64,000 bases of DNA from Octopus vulgaris (Eukaryota): assembly GCA_951406725.2 (NCBI GenBank), contig OX597816.1, forward strand, positions 173,972,001-174,036,000, written 5' to 3'. Shown here in pieces: positions 26,101 through 37,054 of the stretch; the first letter of the stretch is position 1, and every line of letters starts with the position of its first letter. Under the pieces are notes generated by a model that was not told where the DNA came from, ran no database searches, and was given only the letters and a program-made list of their open reading frames with translations. The translations under genes and the position numbers were made by a program.

Positions 26101-27719
26101 TTGAATTTCTCCGTTAGGACGAAGCCTGAGGATCGGTGGGTCATTGCGTGGAATAATTTCAATTGGTAGAACGAACCGATAGATACGTTTCAGTTCTGGT
26201 ACCAGGCGATGACTACTGCCAATTATCTTCACTTCTATTGTTACATCGTCACTAAGAGTATCACTACCATCATGTCTGTACACAACATTTCCTTCTCTAA
26301 GTTCTTGTTGTGTGAAAGAGTGTCTTTCAATAGTTCCTTGTCGAGGAAGTATGAGAACCGTGAATAAAATTGCAGAATCATGGATACCATAATCTTCATA
26401 TTTGAATAGTATATTAATGTTGGTTGTAGTGATAATCTTCTCAGTTTCCTCCTCAACGACCAACTTCTGAACAGCTACAAAGTCAAAGTTACGATCTGTA
26501 TTAGATGATGGACTAACTGCGATTGGCTTAATGCAGTCACCTGTGTCACAGGAGCACTGAAATCGGTCAAAACCAATTTCTTCACATTGAGCGTCATGTA
26601 TGCAAGGGCTTGAGGCACATGGGTAATGCCAAAGACATGATGGATCAATTTCACGACTAATTTCAATATCTCGGAAGCCAAATTGTCGTGAATTGAGGAA
26701 AATGTCTCGGAAACAGCCTTTTATTGAATCAGAGGAGTTGTGGTCAAGAAGTGACATTAGTCCTCGTTCCATAGCAAGGCTTTTAGTCTTGAGTTGCAAA
26801 CCACCAAAATATAAATAACCTCCTAAGTTGAGGTACATTTTGTTCCCAAAGTTAGTCCGTGATATATTTTCATGACCATCAATTGTCAAAATCAAGATTT
26901 GCTGACTGATTTTTATAGTAACTGAATGCCACAGGCCATTACTGACATCTACATTTGAGAATACTTCAACAACACCATTTCCTTTGTCAACGGAAAGCTT
27001 TATTTTGGAATTGAGAATTTCCAAAGAGATAAAATCTGGATCACTGTGTTGTCCTTCACAGAAAAGCAAAAGGCCTGTTTGTGTCCGAGTGCGGAAGTCA
27101 AATGTTATCTCCCCTTGTTCACGAATTCGCAAGTGAGGAAAAGCAATGAATGAAGAGTCAGAAAGAAGAGTGATTGGCTGATGATTGCCCGCATCGAATT
27201 CACTGTCACATGACCAAGAAACTTCAACAACATTTTGTGGATCTTTCAAGTGCCGAGCTTTTCGTACAATATTTTTCTTATTAAAAAACACTTTCTCCAT
27301 ACACCCTCGGAAGTTATAGCTGTTGGAGAGGACATTTTGGTAAGAACCAGTTCCTCCGAGAAAGATTCCTTTGTTGATGTCCAGAGTACGGAATTCTTCA
27401 TCAATTTTAATATAAGTGCTGAAGATTTTGTCAATGGTTAGAGTAGCTGTGTTGTTTGTACGTAGGAAGTGGACATCATGCCACTGGCGATCATGGAGGC
27501 GCAAGTCTGGATTGGACTGAAGACTTTCACTTCCTGAGCCAAAGTCAAAATGTACATGAATGATGCCAGATTTCAGTTCTATGATGCAATAATCAGGCTG
27601 ACCAGCAGCAAGCAACAGCAAACCATAGGGACGGTGAGTTTTGAAACGAAGTTTGATGTTGGTACTACTTGAAGACTCTTGCAATGGCACATGAACATAG
27701 CTTTGACCATAGAAGGAAA
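23127..27719 (-). CDS. CSPG4: CSPG4 giant internal exon (4593 nt): 2x laminin-G, EGF-like motif, CSPG repeats
   Basis: Acceptor after a polypyrimidine tract ...TTTTTCAG at 27721-27720; donor CAG|GTAAGT at 23126. Starts (x)SFYGQSYVHVPL...LRFKT.RP.GLLLLAAG.PDY, like the mature N-terminus of CSPG4; uninterrupted frame. Confidence 0.95.
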
Positions 27720-28137
27720 CTGAAAAATAGGAGAGAGAAAAAAACAATATGAAATATTATATGGATCAAAATGCAGGGCATAACACATTAGATAGACTTA
27801 AAACATTGATTTATATTATGACAGAATCACAGAAACAATTCTAAGTGAGAGAATGCAACTCAACTTACTGTGAATTATGTCTACAGTAAGTGTCTCCTAC
27901 TATCAAAAAGCTTTTTCAGCATACCACTGCAATCATCTCTCAACTTACATTAACCAATATCTTTGAAGCTCATTCACTTCTCATGGTATTAAATAGATGA
28001 GAGCTCAGAAAAACTTATTTTCTGACTTCCACAGAAATAAATGGAAGTAAATAAAATTGTACTATCTAGACACAAACAAAACGCAATTATGAACTCACAA
28101 TCCAAGAACAGGAACTTGAAAATCAAAAGTACATTAA

Positions 28138-28358
28138 CCCTTTCGTTACCAACCCGGCTGAAACCGGCTCTGGCTCTGTAGTACAAAGGTCTTGTTTTCA
28201 TAAATTTTGAATTAAAATCTTCCACCAAACTTTAGTCACAATTTATGTTCCTAACACTGGCTGAATGATAACTAAGTTATTTTACTAAATTCTTTGTTAT
28301 ATCTAAAGTAATTGAAAGAAACACAGAGCATCTCAAAATAAATCCAGTAACGAAAGGG
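28138..28358. mobile_element. piggyBac-type MITE
   Basis: TIR CCCTTTCGTTAC at both ends, flanked by TTAA (28134-28137, 28359-28362). Confidence 0.85.
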
Positions 28359-28945
28359 TTAACCAGCTAAGTGTTTAAGGGCTATGCACTCAACCATAGG
28401 TTTACAATGAGCTAGATGGAGGTATAAATGATATATATATGATTGAGAAAAAAAGGATGGTTAGAATCTTCCACAAACAGTTTCTCTGAAGGAAGTGTTT
28501 TGGATACATATAGCTGCTTTCAAACAGTGAAATATTACACAGAAAATTACAAAGTAAAAAAAAAAAAAAAAGAGGAAATTACAATAAATTCCACCGCAAA
28601 CTTACAACAGCAACATAAAGTGAATATAGACAATAAGTGGAACCATAGATTGAAGAAAATAGTGAATGGTGCATGAGGAAGACTTACGAATTTAATGCTG
28701 GCAGAATTTATATAACTGTTGCAATTAGGAAAGGCAGTGCTACGACATTATCTTGTAGTAGCCAAAAGAATCTCCACTTGCAATTGGATGCAGCATTGTG
28801 GTAAAAGAAAAAACAAACAGGCAAATTTTACCCCTTGTCATAAGACATTCTCATATATGTATCTGGATATTTATAGCCCAAAAAATAGCTATAAAAAACT
28901 TTGGCATATATATATATCATCATCATCATCATCATCGTTTAGCGT

Positions 28946-29004
<59 letters not shown>

Positions 29005-29046
29005 TCCCTTCATGGGACTGTCACATTAAGTTGACAGTATACAACT

Positions 29047-29086
<40 letters not shown>

Positions 29087-29175
29087 ATTTTATATATATA
29101 TATATAAATGGTGGTGCCCAAACATGACCACGGCTCTCAAGCTGAAATTAGTAAAGAAAGAAATGTGTGTGTGTG

Positions 29176-29410
29176 TGAAGGCACATGGCCTAGTGGTTAG
29201 AGTGTTACACTCATGATCTAGCAATCGTGGGTTTGATTTTTGGACTGGGCAGTGCTCCAGTATATTCAGCTGTAAATGAGTAACTCTGTGACAAAATAGC
29301 CTTCTGATCAGAGGAATGTTGGTCCGCTTGCCCAGCTAAGCAGTGTGAAGTGCACTGTGACCAGCAATGTATAACAACAATATCCAATATTCTGGTTAAT
29401 TCTGTGATAT
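29176..29410 (+). mobile_element. Old tRNA-headed SINE
   Basis: GGCACATGGCCTAGTGGTTAGAGTG...GGGTTTGATT (A/B-box-like), head similar to family C. Confidence 0.5.
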
Positions 29411-29419
29411 ATATATATA

Positions 29420-30521
29420 ATACTAGGATGGCATTTATAAACATTTTAATGCATTATTAAGCATGTTTCCACAGATTACATGTCTTTTAAGATCACAGTC
29501 CGTATTCCTGGAATAATTACAATGTAGTCCATAGCATCTGTGGGCATCAAGCAGATCATCTTCATGGATTCATTTCTTCAGGCGATATAACATTAATAGA
29601 TGTTGGTTATCTCTTTTGACTATGAGAAGGTTGATTGAGGGCTGGTCAAAAGGGCTAAATAACCCTCAGTTAGAAAATTACTATTTTTAAATCTCTCAAG
29701 AGATATTCGGCAAAAGTACTTTGGAGTAAAGATTATTTGCCAACATAACATGGCAGTCCTGGTTTAGGATGAATGGGGGTGCTAGATTCCCTTGTTCAAA
29801 AATATAAGGACACAGATCATGTTGTATAGCCAGCTGCAGACGATGTCTCCTGGGGCTAAATTACAGCAACATTCATCCTAAACCAGGACTGCTATGTTAT
29901 GTTGGCAAACAATCTTTACCCACAACCTTCAGTTAAACATCCATTAATGTTATATCTTTATATATAAAAGAGAGGTTGTGTGCTGTCTGTCTCCTACGAT
30001 TTAGATTCCTAACTACTCCCACATTTTGCGGTGCAGTTTAACCAAAACCGGGTATCTTATAGTCGTGATTCATATCGAGCCCTTCTGGGTATTAGCACAT
30101 GTCTATGATGAGTCTACAATTAAAAAAAAAAATTTACCATCAATTTTTCCCATTTTTAATGCATTTTTGGCATATATAAGGGAAGTAACTCTCTAAAAAT
30201 TTATCATTAAATCTCAGAACGTAAAAAGCTACAGTAACACCCCCCCCTTTGTGGTTAGCCATATTGAGATGGCTATTATACTTTACATCTCTAAAAATGC
30301 TTATATAGTTATTTCCCTTACAAACCCGAGCAACGCCGGGCGATACTGCTAGTCACCTATAGAAATGACTTGCCTGTAGAAATGATCTACCTGATGCCCA
30401 CAGATACTACAGACTACATTGTAATCATCTCAGGATACAGACTGTGATCTTAAGAGACATGTGATTTGTGGAAACACGCATAGCAATGCATTAAAATGTT
30501 TATAAATTCTATCCAAGGATT
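29420..30521. repeat. Nested foldback/inverted-repeat element interrupted by a Helitron
   Basis: Outer arms ~29420-29604 vs 29936-29954 plus 30353-30521; inner arms 29726-29775 vs 29870-29919. Confidence 0.85.
29955..30352 (+). mobile_element. Non-autonomous Helitron
   Basis: A|TC...CTAG|T; the empty site is visible in the opposite foldback arm. Confidence 0.9.
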
Positions 30522-30650
30522 ACTGTTATTATTACAATATTTATCCTGCATTATATCAGAACAGCTCAAGGCAACCCCAATAAACTGGTTCACCAGTCAG
30601 CATCATTAGACTGTGGCCGGCATAATGGATGAGGAGCTTTATTTGCATAT

Positions 30651-31043
30651 ACTCTTTTTACTCGTTTCAGTCATTTGACTGCGGCCATGCTGGAGCACCG
30701 CCTTTAGTCAAGCAAATCGACCCCGGGACTTATTCTTTGTAAGCCCAGTACTTATTCTATCGGTCTCTTTTGCCGAACCACTAAGTGACGGGGACGTAAA
30801 CACACCAGCATCGGTTGTCAAGCGATGCTAGAGGGACAAACACAGACACACACATACATATATATATATATACATATATACGACGGGCTTCTTTCAGTTT
30901 CCGTCTACCAAATCCAATCACAAGGCATTGGTCGGCCCGGGGCTATAGCAGAAGACACTTGCCCAAAATGCCATGCAGCGGGACTGAACCTGGAACCATG
31001 TGGTTGGTTAGCAAGCTACTTACCACACAGCCACTCCTGCGCC
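30651..31043 (-). mobile_element. SINE family A
   Basis: Reverse copy, head-to-head with the next copy. Confidence 0.9.
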
Positions 31044-31120
31044 TATTCAAAACATTTCCCATAAACAAATTTAAAAGATATACATAAAGTTATAATTGAA
31101 GCATGTATGTATTTATGTAA

Positions 31121-31292
31121 GGTGTAGGAGTGGTTGTGTGGTAAGTAGCTTGCTAACCAACCACATGGTTCCAGGTTCAGTCCCACTGTGTGGCACCTTG
31201 GGCAAGTGTCTTCTGCTATAGCCTCGGGCCGACCAAAGCCTTGTGAGTGGATTTGGTAAACGGAAACTGAAAGAAGCCTGTCGTATATATGC

Positions 31293-31324
<32 letters not shown>

Positions 31325-31516
31325 ATGTTTGTGTGTCTGTGTTGGTCCCCCTAGCATCGCTTGACAACTGATGCTGGTGTGTTTATGTCCCCGTCACTTA
31401 GCGGTTCGGCAAAAGAGACCGATAGAATAAGTTCCGGGGTCGATTTGCTCGACTAAAGGCGGTGCTCCAGCATGGCCACAGTCAAATGACCGAAACAAGT
31501 AAAAGAGAGAAAGAGA
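31121..31516 (+). mobile_element. SINE family A
   Basis: Forward copy about 77 bp from the previous one. Confidence 0.9.
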
Positions 31517-31645
31517 ATATGTATGCATGTATGTATGTATGTATGTATCTATGTATGTACACTCATTTGAATACACATGTTTGACCCTGAGTATGTATAT
31601 GTGGACATATACACATTTATAAGCCTGCTGATGTGGTGTGTGTGT

Positions 31646-31664
<19 letters not shown>

Positions 31665-31682
<18 letters not shown>

Positions 31683-32063
31683 TGAGGTTGTGTGCTGTCT
31701 GTCTCCTACAATTTAGATTCCTAACTACTCCCACATTTTGCGGTGCAGTTTAACCAAAACCGGGCATCTTATAGTCGTGATTCATATCGAGCCCTTCTGG
31801 GTATTAGCGTGCATCTACGATGAGTCTACGATTTAAAAAAAAATTTACCATCAATTTTTCCCATTTTTAATGCATTTTTGGCATATATAAGGGAAGTAAC
31901 TCTCTAAACATTTATTATTAAATCTCAGAACGTAAAAAGCTACAGTAACACCCCATCCTTTGTGGATAGCCATATTGAGATGGCTATTATACTTTACATC
32001 TCTAAAAATGCTTATATAGTTATTTCCCTTACAAACCTGAGCAACGCCGGGCGATACTGCTAG
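31665..32063 (+). mobile_element. Non-autonomous Helitron (5' end merged into (TA)n)
   Basis: Same body; ends GATACTGCTAG|T. Confidence 0.85.
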
Positions 32064-32520
32064 TATATATATATATATATATATCTGGATGAATCTATGT
32101 AAATATGGTGAATAGTACAAATGTGTGTGTGTATGTGCAAGCGTACATATTTAAATATATAGATGTATATGTATATTGGTGTATTTTGGGATACTGAAGT
32201 GTGCCAAATAGTCATCAAGTGTCATGACCTGAACTACATCCCCAGCAAATTCTTGACAATGTTTGGCAAGCATGACCAACCATCTAATGGTTTGGCACAC
32301 TTCATAGTTGCTCTCATTCAAAAGCCATTATACTCATATCTTCCTTTATTTATTTATTCTTTACATTGTATTTTTTTTGTCAACAACTTCCTGTCTGTAT
32401 GAACCATGCCACAGGCATTCTTCATTCATCATCAATGTATTTGAGACACAACTACTACCAACATCATCTAGATGAACCTATGAGCGAAATGTCACTTATG
32501 TAACTTGGAATCCTGTTATT

Positions 32521-32645
32521 TCACCTGATGAGGCATTTCTGCACTGGGGGGAGGGGTGCATTGGAATTCATTATACCCTAACCCTACCCCAATCCCCACC
32601 CACTAGAGGGTAGTGTAGAATTATGCTGAAACAATAGCTGTGATA
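32521..32645 (+). ncRNA. Putative degenerate hammerhead ribozyme motif with long stem II
   Basis: TCAC-CTGATGA-GGCAT.TTCTGCACT...AGTGTAGAA.TT.ATGCT-GAAAC...GTGA. Confidence 0.4.
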
Positions 32646-32703
32646 AGTAAAGTATCCAGCATACTGTCTTCCAATATTAATTATTTAGAATATATATATA
32701 TAA

Positions 32704-33099
32704 CTAGCAGTATCGCCCGGCGTTGCTCGGGTTTGTAAGGGAAATAACTATAAAGCATTTTTAGAGTTATAGTCAAAAAATAGCAAAAAAATGCATTAAA
32801 AAGGGAAAAAAAATTATGGTAAATTTTTTTTTAAATCGTTGACTCATCGTAGACATTTTTAGAGAGTTACTTCCCTTATATAATATCGAAAAGAATGCAT
32901 TAAAATGGAAAAAAATGATGGTAAATTATTTTAAAAATCGTAGACTCATCGTAGACGCGCACTAATACCCAGAAGGGCTCGATATGAATCACAACTATAA
33001 GATACCTGCTTTTGGTTACACTGCACTGCAAAATGTGGGAGTAGTTAGGAATCTAAATCGTAGGAGACAGACACACAACTTGACTTTTATATATAAAGA
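32704..33099 (-). mobile_element. Non-autonomous Helitron (duplicated internal module)
   Basis: CTAG at 32704, TC end at 33099. Confidence 0.85.
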
Positions 33100-33637
33100 T
33101 GTTTAATTCTAATTCTTTGAGGTTTCCCTGTAAGGAGTGTGTTGGTTCTAACAAAGAAATGAAGCTCCCATCATTAGAATTTAGATAAGAACAAAATTTT
33201 AAGGTTACATCTTGAATTTCTGAAGAGTCTTGTATGTTTCCACTGCTTTGCTTACAAAGTGAATTTTCAGAATACAAGTGAGATGACTTCATTCTTTGTT
33301 CGTTGTATGTATATATGTGTGAGTTTTCTTGATTGGAGTTTTAGTGTCTATTTTGACACTAAAATATTGGCAAATATTGTGAAAAGAAAAAAAAAAAAGA
33401 CCAGGGGGTCTTGTTCTTTTTGTCACCTATTGTGCAATCATCACACAGTTGATAAACTTTCAGTGCAAGAACAATTAGCATAATCAAAATCAGAGATACA
33501 GGTTCTACTGATGCCTTAACCACTTCTGGACTATGAAGAAGCTTCAAAGTTGTTTTGATAATATGCACACAAAGCTTTGCATGAGGCTCAAAACATCTCA
33601 AGGTGTGAGCACAAAACCAAAGAGATTTAGAAATACA

Positions 33638-34035
33638 CTAGCAGTATCACCCGGCGTTGCTCGGGTTTGTAAGGGAAATAACTATATAAGCATTTTTAGA
33701 GATGTAAAGTATAATAGCCATCTCAATATGGCTAACCACAAAGGGTGGGGGTGTTACTGTAGCTTTTTACGTTCTGAGATTTAATAATAAATTTTTAGAG
33801 AGTTACTTCCCTTATATATGCCAAAAATGCATTAAAAATGGGAAAAATTGATGGTAAATTTTTTTTTAAATCGTAGACTCATCGTAGACGCGTGCTAATA
33901 CCTAGAAGGGGTCAATATGAATCACGACTATAAGATACCCGGTTTTGGTTAAACTGCACCGCAAAATGTGGGAGTAGTTAGGAATCTAAATCGTAGGAGA
34001 CAGACAGCACACAACCTCACTTTTATATATATAGA
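33638..34035 (-). mobile_element. Non-autonomous Helitron
   Basis: CTAG at 33638, TC end at 34035. Confidence 0.85.
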
Positions 34036-34696
34036 TTTCATCCATCTCTACTACTATTGCTAAATGCTGGGTAGACTTTGCTGGCCACTGCTATTGTGCT
34101 GAACACCAGGCCATATTAGATGTTATATTGTGGAGACTTCCAAACCCTGTTAGAGAATAAAAACAACTCAGCTCTGTTGATGTTATTGGAAAATAAATAA
34201 CATGAATTTGAGAACATATCAAAGTTAATGAGAGAGAGAGAGATTACTGGTGTGATATATTGAAACATATCTCACTTGAAACCATTTGAAGAAGATAAAT
34301 TTAAGCTTATATTTTTCTGTGTAGTACCTGTACTTCACTGTAATTATAAGCTTAAATTTTACTTCAGCCTAGAAAAGATGTTTCTTTGATCTTTAAAATT
34401 ATATTAATATTATAACAACTGATTTTTACTATTTTGTGAATTTTCTTTTCTCTGTCCCAGATCACTTGTTTTGACAGGAGCATTGAATAAGTCCTCTTGT
34501 GTGTGTGTGTGTGTGTGTGTGCATGTGTGTGTGTGCACACATGTGTATGATTGCATTCATGCATTTATGCATATGTTTATATGCAACTTAAGCTTACAGA
34601 ATTCAAACCAGTCACTAATAGAATGACATGGTTTTATTGTTTGCGTTAAAAGAGTTGTGGGGATTTCTGAATACTTGAATGAATTAGTGTGCTGAT

Positions 34697-34889
34697 ATCA
34701 TCATCATCATCATCGTTTAACGTCCGTTCTCCATGCTAGCATGGGTTGGACGGTTTGACCAGGGATCTGGGAAGCCAGAAGGCTGCCCCAGGCTCTGGTC
34801 TTATCTGGCAATGTTTCTACAGCTGGATGCCCTTCCTAACGCCAACCACTCCGTGAATGTAGTGGGTGCTTTTTACATGCCACCTGCAC
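34697..34889 (-). mobile_element. RTE-type LINE 3' end fragment
   Basis: (ATC)n-GTTTAACGTCCGTT.TCCATGCTAGCATGGGTTGGACGG, shared with 47841. Confidence 0.65.
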
Positions 34890-36481
34890 TGAGGTAAATA
34901 TATGGAGGTAAATGCATAAATCTAATGACACTCATGTAATGGGTGTACATTCTCTTTAGTGCATGAGCATATGTAAAGCTCAAATGTGATTGTATGTATA
35001 TTTTCGCAGCAAGCCAATTGACATTGTTCTATTTTGGAAGAACACAGCATTTCCAGTCTTTTGTGCAAATTTGTTGCAATCAAGCTTAGCGCAACTATAA
35101 TGGTGCAAATGAGAATTCTGCATTAGTTCACTGCAGATATTCTATTTTACCACAACTTTAGATGAGATATTCGCATTCAATGAATGTTGCTTGCTAGCAC
35201 AACTACTTCACAGAAATATGAGCAGTTGGATAGTTTATATCCTAGTAGCTCTTCATCTTCTTCATGTAATCAAATAAGGGATTTCCCAAACCATTTTGTA
35301 GAACTGATATAGATCTGATTCAGTTCATAAGTCCACTGGACTTTCTACTGATTGACCTGCAGCCTGCAATAGCTGATTCCAATTTCCTAGCTATTGTGGT
35401 AAAATAGCAATCCATGTGCAAAAAAATTTAATTTCACTACATGATTACTACAATGATTTTTTTTTATAAAATGGTATTTCTTTGCACTTATCCAAAGAAG
35501 ATAAACTTTATTTTTCTAGGCTTCTGTCACTGGTAGAAGTTTTAAAGTATAGGATTCAATATATGAAAGAATGAATCTTCTCTTATGCCAATATGAGTTC
35601 AAAGTCATGCATGCATGTATGTATAAGTGTCTGTATGTATGCCTGCCTACCTGCATATATGCATACATGTATGTAATGTAATGTATGTTGTGAAGAAGTC
35701 TGCTGCATGTGTAAAGAGTAGCATAGGTGTATAATGTAAAAACGCTTGCAGATTGTAGTATGTATGTATGCTTGTGTATATAATTGCATTTGTGTTCCCT
35801 CTGCAGCTTTAGCAACTATGGACTAAAATTGAAAAGCAAATTAATAAAAGACACACACTTCAACATGTATATTAACACACACAAACACACACACATTTAT
35901 ACCATTTTCACATACATGAAAAGCAGACATATACATGCACACATATACATGCACACATATACATGCACACATATACATACATATTTACACAGATGTATAT
36001 ATACATACATACACAAGCATGGAATGAAAGAAAAAGGAATAATGTTTCAAATAGTGAAAATAGATAAAGAATAACCTACTCTCCACTGCCACCCCTGCCC
36101 CAGGGTAGATCTCAGTGGACTTGGTGGTTCTTAAAATAAACATCTTGCTTGTACATTCTTTGGTAGTGTAAAGAGGATAAAAAGAGCGAGAGACAACAAA
36201 AGCAATATCAACTACAACTGCAGACAAATAATTAGCTAGGCAAAACTTTTAATTAAAGTTGAAGACAATAAGTGAAATATGTGTGTGTGTGTGTGTATGT
36301 GTGTGAGAGTGTACCTTGATGTAGAGACATGTTGAGAATGTAAAGGAGAAGAGGAATATAAATAACAAAAAGACAACAGCAACAAGAAAAATAACAAGAA
36401 AACAGCAAAAAAAAACCCATAAAAACACCAACATTAAGAAAACAACAACAACAAGGAAGCAACATATTAGAATATGGATGG

Positions 36482-36850
36482 ATGGAAGCACTCCGTCGGT
36501 TACGACGACGAAGGTTCCGGTTGATCCGAATCAACGGAACAGCCTGCTCGTGAAATTAACGTGTAAGTGGCTGAGCACTCCACAGACACGTGTACCCTTA
36601 ACGTAGTTCTCGGGGATATTCAGCGTGACACAGAGAGTGACAAGGCCGGCCCTTTGAAATACAGGTACAACAGAAACAGGAAGTAAGAGTGAGAGGAAGT
36701 TGTGGTGAAAGAGTACAGCAGGGATCACCACCGTCCCTGCCGGAGCCACGTGGAGCTTTAGGTGTTTTCACTCAATAAACACTCACAACGCCCGGTCTGG
36801 GAATCGAAACCACGATCCTACGACCGCGACTGCTGGGCCATTGCGCCTCC
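36482..36850 (-). mobile_element. SINE family C
   Basis: Near-identical to 15137-15523, with a small head deletion. Confidence 0.85.
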
Positions 36851-37054
36851 ACTTTGGTTTTGTAAGTAGTTAAACACTGTGTTGCAGGTTGAAACAAGGT
36901 ACTTAATTCTGCCTATTCCAGTTTGCTTGAGTGACCAAAAGAAAAAAAAAGTACTACTCCTACTTTGTAGTAAAAAAGGCATTCTGTTTTCAAAAGAAAC
37001 TGCTCCGATAACAATAGAAAAAAGTCTCACCCATATAAGCATGATTATAACAAA

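Noticed and set aside
27720-27747. ORF-track start MFFSLSYFS as the CSPG4 N-terminus
   Set aside because: It is the intronic polypyrimidine tract and AG acceptor, and the start codon is TTG. The 20792 start is likewise an internal TTG.
28683-28800. Candidate CSPG4 signal-peptide exon upstream of a minus-strand GTAAG
   Set aside because: The ATG-initiated frame and the hydrophobic frame both hit stops before the donor; exon 1 remains unlocated.
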